NCBI GenBank assembly: GCA_038087875.1
Contig: CM075999.1
Coordinates: 1 to 64,000 of the forward strand
Source of the DNA: Malacoraja senta
Lineage: Eukaryota
Direction: 5' to 3'
DNA: 64,000 bases
The translations under genes were made by a program, and so were the position numbers. A model generated the notes under the pieces. It searched no databases and was not told the DNA's origin. It saw nothing but the letters and a program-made list of their open reading frames with translations. Positions 13,753-26,230 of this stretch are shown piece after piece. Position 1 is the stretch's first letter. Each line of letters begins with the position of its first letter.

Positions 13753-14309
13753 CTTATGGATTGTCTGATGGAAATAAGGGAAGGCTAAACAATATGAATT
13801 GATGTGAGAGTATTTTCTCTCTGCTCTTTGAGATCATTGATGGTGGAATGCCCAAAAATGTAGGAAGTTGCAGAAATGATGAACGAATGAATGAATGAAT
13901 GAATACTATATACTTTATTGTCACGGTGAAATTCTTTGCTTGCATACCCAAGGTATGCAAATAGTCGCCCATAACGGACGCCTACAAAGTTACAAAGTAC
14001 CCCCGCACCAGGTCCCCCTTTGTTCTCCCCCCTCCCCCTCCTCACGGCGGTCCCCACACACTGGGTCCTCCATTGTCCATTGTTCTTCCCCCTCCCTCAC
14101 GGCAGCCCACGCCACACCATGCCACGCCAAATATGGTGGAGATTGCTTGTCCATCAGGGGTATTGAGCTCCCACCATTGCAGGGATCCTCAAGAAGGCAG
14201 CTAACGTCACATATTAAACACCTGTTTAAAGTCACATTTGAAAGACCTTTGGACAGGTATATTTGAGAGGAGAGGTTAGGAGGGATTTGGTCCCAATGCG
14301 AGCAAATGG

Positions 14310-14605
14310 GACTAGTGGTAGAGCTACTGCCTCACAGCACCAGAGATCCAGGTTCGATCCTGACCTAGGTTGCTGCCTGTGTGGTGTTTGCACATTCTCC
14401 TTGTGACTGTGTGGGTTTTCTCTGGGTGCTCGGGTTTCCTCCCACAACCCAAAGATGTTCACATTTGTAAGTTAATTGGCTTCTGTAAATTGTTCCTAGA
14501 GTGTCGGATACAACTCGTGTACGGGTGATCACTGGTCGGCACGGACTCGGTGGGCCAAAAGGTTTGTTTCCATACTGTATCTCTAAACTAAACTAAATTA
14601 AACTA
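14310..14605 (+). mobile_element. HE1/V-SINE-like SINE
   Basis: B-box-like ggttcgatcc, same central domain, (CTAAA)n tail. Confidence 0.75.
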
Positions 14606-16270
14606 AATTTAGATGAGGCGTTTTGGTTGGCATGGACAAGGTGAGCCAAAGGGCCTGTTTCCATGCTGTGTGACTCTATGACTGTGTTAAGCCACAGGCC
14701 ATCCAATATTCACTTGAGCTTGACTTCACAACACCTCCGCTTCCCACCACAGCCCCAACTATTCCACGTTGCCCCCTGCCTGTTTAAGGGACACAAAAAG
14801 GCGGGGGAATTATTGTCAGAAAGAAAATCGCTCCCCTGATTATGACTTGTGTGCAAATTGTGCCTGCTCAAAGAAAACTGAATGCTTCAGTAGTTAAATA
14901 GTTTAGCAAATGAAGCTGTGCATAAAATAGTCTGGGAGGCATCCTGGGGAGTCTTCAGAAGAGCCATGAAGTGTACCACTAACCGACGTCACCGGCTGTA
15001 ATTACAGGGAACTGAAGGCACTGCACACTGCAATAAGAATGCCTGAGCCATTGCCCCTCACCACTTCCTGAATGCGCTCGTGGACAAAATAAAACAAGTT
15101 TAATATCCTAAACTTGTTCGGTTTGACGATTGGAATCCTTGTTTGCAGTCATTCACAAATCCTGCTCACAATCTGTAGGAGATTTCATTGGTGGTGTCTG
15201 TTAGCACGGTGCAGGTGCTTGTGAATGTGTAGAAAGGAACTGCAGATGCTGGTATATGCCTGAAGATAGACACAAGGTGCTCGAGTAACTCAGTGGGTCA
15301 GGCAGCATCTCTGGAGAAAAAGGATGGGTGACGTTTTGGGTCGGGAACCTCCTTCAGACTTTTGATATTCCTTTTAACTTTCAGTTATTTGTTTTACAGT
15401 GCCTGATATTATAGAAACATAGAAACATAAAAAATAGGTGCAGGAGTAGGTCATTCGGCCATTTAAACCAGCACAGCCAGTCAATATGATCATGGCTGAT
15501 CATCCTAAATCAGTACCCCATTCCTGCTTTCTCCCCATATCTTTTATTCTGTAAATTCTGTTTAATTTTTTGTGGCCGATTTGATACTGACCACTGGCAG
15601 GCAAATCGCCAATCAAAGCAAATTTCACCCAAATATTTGAGAAGAGCAGAAATACCATAATTTCTAATGTACTGCTGTTGTGCTAATTCATGTTGCAATG
15701 CATAGAGCATAGGACAGGGCAGGAACAAGCATTTAGGTCGATAATCTTCACGTCAAACGTGATGCTAAGTTAACCTAATCTCATCTGCCTGCACGTGATC
15801 CATATCTCTAAATTCCCTTATCCATTTGCCTCTCGTAAAAGCCTCCTAAATGCCATTATCGTATCTGCCTGCACCATTGTACACCCAATCATTCCCACAT
15901 AAAAAAAAAAAATTGGCCCATATATCTCTCTTAAACTTTGTCCCTTTCACCTTAAAGCTATGCCCTCTAGTCTTTGACATTTCTACTCTGGGGGAAAAAG
16001 GTTCTGACTGTCTACCCTATCTATACCTCTCTTACTTTTATAAACTTCTATCAGGTCTTCTCTCAGCCTCTGACCCTCTGGAGAAAATAATCCAAATTGG
16101 TCTAGCCTCTCCTTGAAGCCATTACCACCTACTCCACATGTCATTCTTACCTGAATTCTGAACCTTCTTCAGTCTGAAGGAGGGTCTTGACCCAAAGCAT
16201 CACCCATTCCTTCTCTCCAGAGATGCTGTCTGTCCCGCTGAGTTATTCCAGCTTTTTGTGTCTATCTTTT

Positions 16271-16650
16271 GTCATTCTGACCTTTCTGTCCTCTGCCTCC
16301 TCCATTGTCAGAGTGAGGCTAAATGCAAATTGGAGGAACAGCATCTCATATTTCCCTTGGGCAGCTTACAACTCAGGGGTATGAATATTGATTTATCTAA
16401 TATCAAGTAACCCCTGCATTCCCTCTCTCTCCATCCCTCCCCTACCCACCCACGTCACACCAGCTTTCATTCTCACCTAGCTACAGCTAACAATGGCCTG
16501 TTTCCTTTACCATTGTTACTTTTTTGCATATCTTTCATTAATCTGTTCCATATCTCTCTACATCAACATCTATATCACTCGTTTCCCTTTCCAGTGACTT
16601 TCAGTCAGAAGAAGTCTCGACCCGAAACGTCATCCATTCCTTCCCTCCAG
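16271..16650 (+). mobile_element. Penelope-like element 3' fragment: end of GIY-YIG ORF, 3' UTR and hammerhead-motif block
   Basis: HSDLSVLCLLHCQSEAKCKLEEQHLIFPLGSLQLRGMN is homologous to 47307-47612 and runs contiguously into agtcagaagaagtctcgacccgaaacgtc. Confidence 0.82.
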
Positions 16651-16794
16651 GGATTCTGGTAAACCTCTTTTGCACCCTCTCCAAAGCCTCCACATACTTC
16701 CTGTAATGGGGTGACCAGAACTGTGCACAATATTCCAAATGCGGCCTAAACAAAGTCCTATAAAGCTGAAACATGGTTTCCTAACTCCTACACT

Positions 16795-16870
16795 CAACTG
16801 AAGGCCAGCATACACCACTGAAGGCCAGCATACACCACAGAAGGCCAGCATACACCACAGAAGGCCAGCA
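16795..16870. repeat. 20-bp tandem repeat (gaaggccagcatacaccaca), about 3.5 copies, in a CR1 fragment
   Basis: Directly visible. Confidence 0.85.
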
Positions 16871-17300
16871 GGAATCCAGACCCCTATGAATTTAAAAGGG
16901 TGCACAGGAATAGGGTGCCCTGTGTGTGAAACGGAATGTGGAAACTGGGACCAGTTCGTGTGAATAAGCTCAAGAACTGAGGCCCCAGTGGGTTTAAAGG
17001 GAGTGAGGGAACTAGGGCCCCAGTACGTGTAAAGGAAGTGCTGTAAATAGGGGTCCCACTGAGTGAGAGTGGGAACTGTCCCAGTGAAATAAAAGGAGGT
17101 GGGAACAAGGGTCGCAGTGTAGAAAGTGGGGCCCCATGATGTTAAGAAGAACACGGAATCAGCATCCGGAGAGCTAGATGCCTAACCATTGGGATTTCCA
17201 AACAACTGGAGAGCAGATTATCAGAGTTTTCCTGGAATGGCTACTGTGTCGTGGTGAACAGAACAACTCCTTCCAATTTTCTCAGAACAGCTCACGAGAT

Positions 17301-17356
17301 TGTGTGTGTCTGTGTGCATGTGTGTGCGCGTGTGTGCGCGTGTGTGCACGTGTGTG
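17301..17356. repeat. (TG/CG)n alternating purine-pyrimidine microsatellite
   Basis: tgtgtgtgtctgtgtgcatgtgtgtgcgcgtgtgtgcgcgtgtgtgcacgtgtgtg. Confidence 0.85.
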
Positions 17357-18709
17357 AAAGTCAGAAGAATTTGAATAAAGCAATCTTTGTGTTGACTTTT
17401 TTGCTGGTTCTGTCACCCTCTGGGGTAGCCTAATGAATGACTTGAACAGAATACTGTGTTATATTGTAGGGTAATTTGGGGAGTGATTAAATTTACCACA
17501 ATCCCTGCCAGCAAAAGCAAAGGTTCATTTAAATGTTGAGTGCTGCACTAATTAGTCAGTAGGTGTTGGTGACACAGAGCTGCGATTTTCTTAGTTCCCA
17601 GCTAAGATCAAAGCCTGCCTTCCATGCACACACACACTTCAGCTTTTCTAAAGAGACAACAGTGATTTCTCGAGTAAACACAGAACAACCAAAACCAAAA
17701 TGAAGTGAAGTTGTGTGAAGAAGCCTTGTTTCTCAAGTCAAGAGAGAGTCAAGTGTGTTTAATTGCCAAGTGCGCTGACAACTCAACGACAAAATAGAAG
17801 GTAACCACAAAGTGCAGGAATAATTCAACGGGTCAGGCAGCATCGAATGATAGGTGACGTTTCGGGTCGGGACCCTCCTTCAGATGGGTCTAAAGAAGGG
17901 TCCCGACCATGTATCGCCAAAGATGCCGCCTGACCCACTGAGTTACTCCAGCATTTCGTGTCTTTCTTTGGTAAACCAACATCTGCAGTTCCTTGTTTCT
18001 ACAACCTACAAGCCTACTAGCTGCATCTCTACGCCATGTCATAGATTCATAGAGTCATACAGCATGGAACCAGGCCCTTCAGGCCAATGTCCATACCGAC
18101 CAAGATGCCCCATCTACACTAGTCCCACCTACCTGCGTTTGGCCCATACCTCTCTAAACCTGGAGGATGGTTGCTAATTGATTCTATTTCCTTTTGCCTC
18201 ACCGTACTTCCTGTTTGCTCTTTCTAGATATCTTTAAAAGGAGGAAACTCCACAGCGAGGAACTGAAGGAGTTTGCCTCACTTCAAGGCTTTGGAAACAG
18301 CCAACTGCTCCAAGACATGTGTCAACAATTATTCCTCTGGTAACGCAGCCAAGACAAGGAGAGCACAGCGTGGACAGACTGAGGAGGAAGAGTTTCAGAG
18401 GGAGATCAAAGATTCGCAGCTTTGAAGAAGAGATGAGCACATTTCCTTCTCTCTCACCAGGAAACAGCGGCAAATTGAGCATGAAAAGCCTTTGGCTCTC
18501 CATTGACACAGAGTGCCATTGTTTGCATGCAGACACCATACATGAACGTGGAGGCACACCAAAGGTTTATGCTTAGGTTTAGGTTCATTATTGTCATGTG
18601 TACCGAGATATAGTGCAAAGCTTTGTTTAGCATGCTATTCAATCAGATCAGGTAATACTGTACATGAATATAAAGAAACCAAACTCAAGTACAAACTCAA
18701 ACTCAAGTT

Positions 18710-19015
18710 GGGCGACGAGGCGCTGTGGTAGACATGCTGCCTTACAATGCCAGAGACCCGGGTTCGATCCTGACTACGGGTGTTGTCTGTGCAGAGTTTG
18801 TATGTTCTCCCTGTCACCGCGTAAGTTTCCTCTCGGTGCTCCGGTTTCCTCCCGCAGCTCAAAGGCGTGCAAGCTTGTAGGTTAATTGGCTTCTGTAAAT
18901 TGTAAATTGTCCCCAGTGTATAGGATAGTGCTAATGTATGGAGTTTTCGCTGCTTGCTGTGGACTTGGTGGGCTGAAGGGCCTGTTTCCATGTTGTATCT
19001 CTAAAGTCTAAAGTC
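18710..19015 (+). mobile_element. HE1/V-SINE-like SINE
   Basis: ccgggttcgatcctgactacggg head, central domain and CR1-like tail. Confidence 0.75.
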
Positions 19016-20542
19016 TACATAAGACAGAGCAATAGGGGAGATACAGAGTGCAGAATATGGTTCTTAGCATTGTGGCATATCAGTTCTATAGACAAAGTCC
19101 AATGTCCACAATGGGGAACGAGAATTGGGACTGTACTCCCCCCCCCCCCCCTCCTCCCTCCCCCTCCACCCCCTCCCTCCCCCCCCCTCTTACGGAAGGA
19201 CCATTCAGAAGCCTGAACACTGAGGGGATGTAATTTTTTCTATGTCTGGTGGTGACCGCTTTCAAGCTTCTATATCTTCTGCCTGACGGGAGCAGAGAGA
19301 AGGAATGACCGGGTGGGAAAGATCCTTGACTATGTTGGATGATTTTTGCTGAGGGAACGTGAAGTGTAGATGAGGCAATGGTGGGGAGTCTGGTCTGTCT
19401 GCTGGACTGGGCTACATCCACAACTCTCTGCAGTTTCTGGCACGCTTGGGGAGAGCAGTTCTCTAAAGGTTTTCTGAGTGTTGTCTGACTATGTAGAATG
19501 TACCTGCAGTGTAATCCCTAGGGTAGACACAAAATGCTGGAGTAACTCAGCGGGACAGGCAGCATCCCTGGAGAGAAGGAATTGGTGATGTTTCAGGTCA
19601 AGTGTAATCCCCAATACCACAACAACAAATCTCCAGCTTTCTACCTTCCCATCTGAATTAAATCCAATACAAGGGGCGCATGGTGACGCAGTGGTGGAGT
19701 TGCAGCCTTATAGCACCAGAGGCCTGAGTTTGAACCTGACTACGGGTGCTTGTCTGTGCAGAGTTTGTACATTCTCCCCCTGAGCCAAAGAAAGGCAAAT
19801 GGGATGAGCTAAGATGGAGCATTATGCTCGGCAATGAATGAATTGGGCTGAAAGGCCTGTTTCTGTGCTGTATGGCTCCATAACTTTTAGTTTCATGCTT
19901 GTAGAGATGACAGTAACTACACTGAGATTCAGCGTGAGCTATGAGATCCTGATTTTAACTTAACCCAACTGATGGGATCAACATGGTGTTGTCATGAACC
20001 TTTTGACTTTACTCTTCATTAAAATCTGAACAATAAAATCAACCACAGGATTTGATGAATGCCTAATCTAAATCCCTAACCACACTGCCTCTTCCCAAAA
20101 CCTATAGCTGGGGCAGTTTAAAATGAAACTAATCTGTCTGCCTTTGAACTGCTTAAAGATTTTTTTTGGACATGCTTAAATCTTGATTAAAAATTAGTTA
20201 AGAAAGGGTTAAGTAATCTAAGATTGCCCCAAGTCTAGAAATGCTTCTGCATTGGTCATCCAGCAACACTCTTGGGGGAAATATAAAAGTTGATAATGCT
20301 GGTTAAAATGGATTTTGTACAAGACTGTGCAATGTACTTTGGCTTGCACTATTATGGTCTGGTTACCGAGTATATCTGATAATTTATTGTACCATTGTTT
20401 GTTGTATATTTATCTATTTGTCGTGTTGTGTTAATGGGCCTGTAAAGCTGCAGCAAGGTAGAATTTCATTATTGCGGTCCTGGTGCAGTTGACAATTAAA
20501 CACTCTAGCCTAAAATGCAACTCTGCTTCTTTCCACTGAGGA

Positions 20543-20818
20543 ACAGTGCACAGTGGCGCAGCAGTTGAGTTGCTGCCTTACAGCACCAGATCCTGACTAC
20601 GGATGCTCTGTGTGGCGTTTGCACTTCCTCCTTGTGACCGCGTGGGTTTTCTCCAGGTGCTCTGGTTTCCTTCCACTTTCCGCAGACGTGCAGGTTTGTG
20701 GGTTAATTAGCCTCTGTAAATTGTCCCTAGCTTGTCGGATAGAACTAGTGTGCTGTCGGACTCAATGGGTTGAAGGGCCTGTTTTCACGCTGTATCTCTA
20801 AACTAAACTAAACTAAAC
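20543..20818 (+). mobile_element. HE1/V-SINE-like SINE
   Basis: cacagtggcgcagcagttgagttgctgcc head and (CTAAA)n tail. Confidence 0.75.
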
Positions 20819-20851
20819 TTGCACACCCATGATTGTCTGCTTGATGTGTAA

Positions 20852-21658
20852 TGGGCCTGTCCCACTTAGGCGATTTTTCAGCGGACTGCTGGCGACTGTC
20901 AAGTTGCCAGCAGTCGCCTGAAAAACCGGGAACTGGAACGGCGACAGTCAGAGTGGAATACACACACACAAACACATCGCAAAGGCGGGGGCAAGGGCAA
21001 GTGGGGGGAGCGCTGTCTGAAATTCACACGGTGCAAAACCAAGGTGATACAGACACACACTGCGATGAACAGGAAGGTTGACGCCTTAATTAAGACGGCT
21101 AGCACAGTATACGGTAAGTCCTTTAAAAGGGGGGGAGAGAGGGGGGAGAGGGGGGGAGGGGGGAGAAGGGGGGAGAAGGAGTGGAGAAAACTTTTAAGAA
21201 GCCAGACAACTTTTAATAAGCCAGAGATACACAGCTGTGAAGTTCGGCAGACATTTAACATTACTGGTCGGTTATCCTTGGTTCTGAAAACTCCTGCTTA
21301 CTTTTTTTCCCCCCAATGAGCCAATGAAAATGCCCGGTCAGCAAAGGCGATTAACTAAAACTATCTATGACTACCTTGACTACCTACACTACATGGCGAC
21401 CCCACTACAACTGCACCTACGACTACAGGATTATCGATTATCTCCATGGCGACCAATTTTTGGTCGCAGAAAATGTTTCAACATGTTGACAAATTTGCGG
21501 CGACCATACTGAGGCCGCGACCAGTTCCCAGAATGCGGGAACATCTCACGACCATGAAGGAGACTCACCAGAGACCACCAGCGAACATGTGGCGACCATG
21601 TGGTGAGCGCAGAGTCTCCTGCACTCGCCTAAAAAGTCACCTAAGTGGGACAGGCCCA
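20852..21658. mobile_element. PIF/Harbinger-type non-autonomous DNA transposon (807 bp), TSD TAA
   Basis: TIRs TGGGCCTGTCCCACTTAGG / CCTAAGTGGGACAGGCCCA, with TAA at 20849-20851 and 21659-21661. Removing it restores tgtgtaagaaggaactgcag of a Penelope-derived element whose own TSD is attgtctgcttgat (20832-20845 and 21915-21928). Confidence 0.88.
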
Positions 21659-22814
21659 TAAGAAGGAACTGCAGTTGCTGGTTTAAACCAAAGATAAACA
21701 CAAAAAGCTGGTGTAACTCAGCGGGACAGGCAGCATCTCTGGAGAGAAGGAATGGGTGACGCTTCGGGTCGAGACCCTTCTTCAGAGTCTGAAGGGTTGA
21801 AAAGTCTGAAGAGTTCTTCAGACTCTGAAGAAGAGTCTCGACCCGAAACGTCACCCATTCCTTCTCTCCAGAGATGCTGCCTGTCCCACTGAGTTACTCC
21901 AGCTTAATGTGCCTATTGTCTGCTTGATATTCTATAAAGGCCCCAAAACACCTGCTATAGTTATACAGCAGGGAAACAGGCCCCTTAGCTCAACTTGTCC
22001 ATGCTGTCCAAGATCTACACCCGCCCCACCTGCCCGGTTTTGGCTCACATCCCTAAGCCTTTTCTATCCATAGAAAGGTGCGGGTTCCTGCGCTGATGGG
22101 AACTTGCACAAGGAACTTGTATTCGGAACATTTGTTTTATTTTTTGAAATTGGGGGCTTTGGATGAACGCCCCCCAAAACATAAAACTGATTTGCCCCAG
22201 TTTAGTAATTACAAATCCAATAATAGTACAGTGAAAATAATCTTATATTTCTTGACTTTGTTGCTTTAGCCTCCAAAGGCTAATCTAGTGCCTAGAGCAC
22301 CGGAGAAGCCGTCTTCCTGTGGCATAATGTTGAGACTATATTATCTGTCCTTAATGTGGCCCAGATGTAACACACAATGAGCACCTCAGCAGAAAAACAT
22401 CCTCAACTGCACCTCAGCACTCATCTAATTTTTCCTGATTCTGATTCCCCTGTGAGTTTTCTGTGACACTGTTCATTTGGTCACCACAGTATGGAAGTTA
22501 GGGGCAATGGCTGGAAACGAAATTAATTTTCCAAGTTAATTTGATTTAGCTCAGTTCATTCAAAGCAGATTGCGAAGCAGAAACGTCAGTCTCATGTAAT
22601 GGATCCGTAACACAGAGCTGGGAACAACTTCATTTCGCAATGGGAAACCTTTGCTGAATTGTTGGAGAAGAAATGCTAACACAACACGAACATTGTTTTG
22701 CTATTTTCTTGCAGAATTTACATTTTAGTTTAGTTTAGGGATTCAACATGGAAGCATGCCCTTCGGCCCATCAAGTCCATGCTGACCATTGATCACCCGT
22801 TCACACTAGTTTAT

Positions 22815-23128
22815 TTTAGTTTAGCGATACAGAGCAGAAACAGGCCCTTCGGCCCACCGAGGCCATGCCGACCAACATTCCCCACGCATTAACACTATCC
22901 TACACACACCAGGGACAATTTACACATACACCAAGCCAATTAATCTACATACCTTTACATCTTCAGAGTGTGGAAGGAAACCGAAGATCTCGGAGAAAAC
23001 CCACGCGGTCGCGGGGAGAACGTACAAACTCCGTACAGACAGCACCCGTAGTCGGGATCGAACCCGGGTCTCCGGCGCTGCAAGTGCCTTAAGGCAGCAA
23101 CTCTACCGCTGCGCCACCGTGCCACCCC
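22815..23128 (-). mobile_element. Young, CpG-retaining HE1/V-SINE-like SINE
   Basis: Minus strand reads ggtggcacggtggcgcagcggtagagttgctgcc...ccgggttcgatcccgactacgggtgctgtc; A and B boxes intact. Confidence 0.8.
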
Positions 23129-23607
23129 TCTATGTTATTGCCCTTTTGCATCCACTCCCTATATATTAAGGGCAATTTACAGAGGCCAGTTAACCTACAA
23201 ACTTGCACGTTTTTGGGATGTGGGAGGAAACTGGAGCACCCGGAGGAAACTTAGGCAGTCACAGGAAGAACATGCAAACTCAACACAGACAGCAACTGAG
23301 GTCAGGATGAAACCCAGGTCTATGACAGCAGCTCTGTCTCAGTTGGTGGCTGTCAAAGCTTAGACCCTTGAATGGGCATGGTTGAAAGGCAAAGGTCAAT
23401 AGCAAGCTGAAGGTCAGATGCCGACCGCATGTTCTAGGCACCAACCATCAACTATATAAAAAAACACCTAGCACATCTCCTTTACCCCTTTTATCTTAAA
23501 GCCATTCTTTCTAGTGTTTGATTTTACCATCCTAGGAAAAAGGTCCTGGGTGTTTACACTATCTATGTCTCACAATACCCGTAAAGCTGAGAAAAGTGAA
23601 GGGATAG

Positions 23608-23944
23608 ATGAAAAATAGACAAAAAGGATCTTTAGCTTTTCTCATTGACTTCACCCATCTGACAATTAAACCCACCTCATATGCATCCACCTATCACTTG
23701 TGTAGGAAGAAACTGCAGATGCTGGTTTAAACCGACGATAGACACAAATTGCTGGAGTAACTCAGCGGGACAGGCAGCATCTCTGGATAGAAGGAATGGG
23801 TGACATTTTGGGTCGAGGCCCTTCTTCTTGATCCGAAACGTCACCCATTCCTTTCACCCAGAGATGCTGCATGTCCCATTGAGTTACTCCAGCATTTTGT
23901 GTCTATCTTCAGTGTAAACCAGCATCTGCAGTTCCTTCCTACAC
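23608..23944. mobile_element. Palindromic Penelope-derived element plus ~90 bp of captured flank, with imperfect 15-bp TSD
   Basis: TSD aaagtgaagggatag (23593-23607) / aaagtgaaggaacag (23945-23959); the left part matches 11314-11407. Confidence 0.7.
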
Positions 23945-24412
23945 AAAGTGAAGGAACAGCCTGCTTCAATTCCGTCTCCACAAAGATTTTTTCATCATAG
24001 TCTGTTTGTATCCTGAGTAGCAATAATCTGCTGAATACCAAGATTTTTTTTTTACCAGTTACAACTTTATATTAGATATTGAACTACCACTGAAAAGTAA
24101 GTTCATCCTTTTCAGGTAAGTCATATGAAGTGGTGAAATTATTCATGAACTATAGTAAGATACAGATTAGTTGATAAATCTCAGCCACAGAATGAACTTT
24201 TACATTGTGAAATAACAATCATGTCTTATATTTTAATAATACAAACGCAGATAGTACTGTTTTTGACAGGGATGTTGTACACATCTCGCTTCCGCCTCCT
24301 GTATCATATCTGATGGGCTGAATGGCTTCCTTTTGTGTCTTGTGGGACTAGGATACTGAATATGGGGCATCGTGGTATCCCAAAGACGTGCGGGTTTGTA
24401 GGTATCCCTCTT

Positions 24413-26230
24413 AGTGAAATGTAGGTCCCTTGCAGTCAGAAACAGGTGAATTGATCATGGGGAACAAGGATATGGCGGACCAATTGAATAACTACTTTGG
24501 TTCCGTCTTCACTAAGGAAGACATAAATAATCTGCCGGAAATAGCAGGGGGCCGCGGGTCAAAGGAGATGGAGGAACTGAGTGAAATCCAGGTTAGTCGG
24601 GAAGTGGTGTTGGGTAAATTGAATGGATTAAAGGCCGATAAATCACCAGGGCCAGATAGGCTGCATCCCAGAGTACTTAAGGAAGTAGCTCCAGAAATAG
24701 TGGATGCATTAGTGATAATTTTTCAAAACTCTTTAGATTCTGGAGTAGTTCCTGAGGATTGGAGGGTAGCAAACGTAACCCCACTTTTTAAGATGGGAGG
24801 TGGAGAGAAAACGGGGAATTACAGACCAGTTAGTCTAACATCGGTAGTGGGGAAACTGCTAGAGTCAGTTATTAAAGATGGGATAGCAGCACATTTGGAG
24901 AGTGATGAAATCATTGGACAAAGTCAGCATGGATTTACGAAAGGTAAATCGTGTCTGACGAATCTTATAGAATTTTTCGAGGATGTAACTAGTAGAGTGG
25001 ATAGGGGAGAACCAGTGGATGTGTTGTACCTGGACTTTCAGAAGGCTTTCGACAAGGTACCACATAAGAGATTAGGATACAAACTTAAATCACACGGTAT
25101 TGGGGGTTCAGTATTGATGTGGATAGAGAACTGGCTGGCAAACAGGAAGCAAAGAGTAGGAGTAAACGGGTCCTTTTCACAATGGCAGGCAGTGACTAGT
25201 GGGGTACCGCAAGGCTCAGTGCTGGGACCCCAGCTATTTACAATTTATATTAATGATCTGGACGAGGGAATTGAAAGCAACATCTCCAAGTTTGCGGATG
25301 ACACTAAGCTGGGGGGGGGCAGTGTTAGCTGTGAGGAGGATGCTAGGAGACTGCAAGGTGACTTGGATAGGCTGGGTGAGTGGGCAAATGTTTGGCAGAT
25401 GCAGTATAATGTGGATAAATGTGAGGTTATCCACTTTGGTGGCAAAAACGGGAAGGCAGACTATTATCTAAATGGTGGCCGATTAGGAAATGGGGAGATG
25501 CAGCGAGACCTGGGTGTCATGGTACACCAGTCATTGAAAGTAGGGATGTAGGTGCAGCAGGCAGTGAAGAAAGCGAATGGTATGTTGGCCTTCATAGCAA
25601 GAGGATTTGGGTATAGGAGCAGGGAGGTTCTACTGCAGTTGTACAGGGTCTTGGTGAGACCACACCTGGAGTATTGCGTACAGTTTTGGTCTCCAAATCT
25701 GAGGAAGGACATTATAGCCATAGAGGGAGTGCAGAGAAGGTTCACCAGACTGATTCCTAGGATGTCAGGACTTTCATATGAAGAAAGACTGGATAGACTT
25801 GGCTTATACTCGCTAGAATTTAGGAGATTGAGAGGGGATCTTATAGAAACGTACAAAATTCTTATGGGGTTGGACAGGCTAGATGCAGGAAGATTATTCC
25901 CGATGTTGGGGAAGTCCAGGACAAGGGGACACAGCTTAAGGATAAGGGGGAAATCCTTTAAGACCGAGATGAGGAAAAACTTTTTCACACAGAGAGTGGT
26001 GAATCTCTGGAACTCTCTGCCACAGAGGGTAGTTGAGGCCAGTTAATTGGCTATATTTAAGAGGGAGTTAGATGTGGCCCTTGTGGCTAAGGGGATCAGG
26101 GGGTATGGAGAGAAGGCAGGTACGGGATACTGAGTTGGATGATCAGCCATGATCATATTGAATGGCGGTGCAGGCTCGAAGGGCCGAATGGCCTACTCCT
26201 GCACCTATTATCTATGTATCTATGTATCTA
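24413..26230 (+). mobile_element. Young 5'-truncated CR1 LINE (ORF2 RT) with two premature stop codons and (ATCTATGT)n tail
   Basis: ORFs 24430-25551 (YRPVSLTS, YLDFQKAFDKVPH, SGVPQGSVLGP, FADD) and 25552-26046 are in the same frame across a TAG; a second stop lies at 26044-26046. Confidence 0.95.

Noticed and set aside
15598..15612. Near-consensus NFI site CAGGC-N5-GCCAA suggesting autoregulation
   Set aside because: One half-site is mismatched, and such a match is expected by chance in 64 kb.
23030..23128. tRNA-like A and B boxes
   Set aside because: They are SINE heads that continue into the SINE body; no complete cloverleaf.
24113..24121. Perfect donor CAG|GTAAGT on the plus strand
   Set aside because: Isolated motif with no definable exon.
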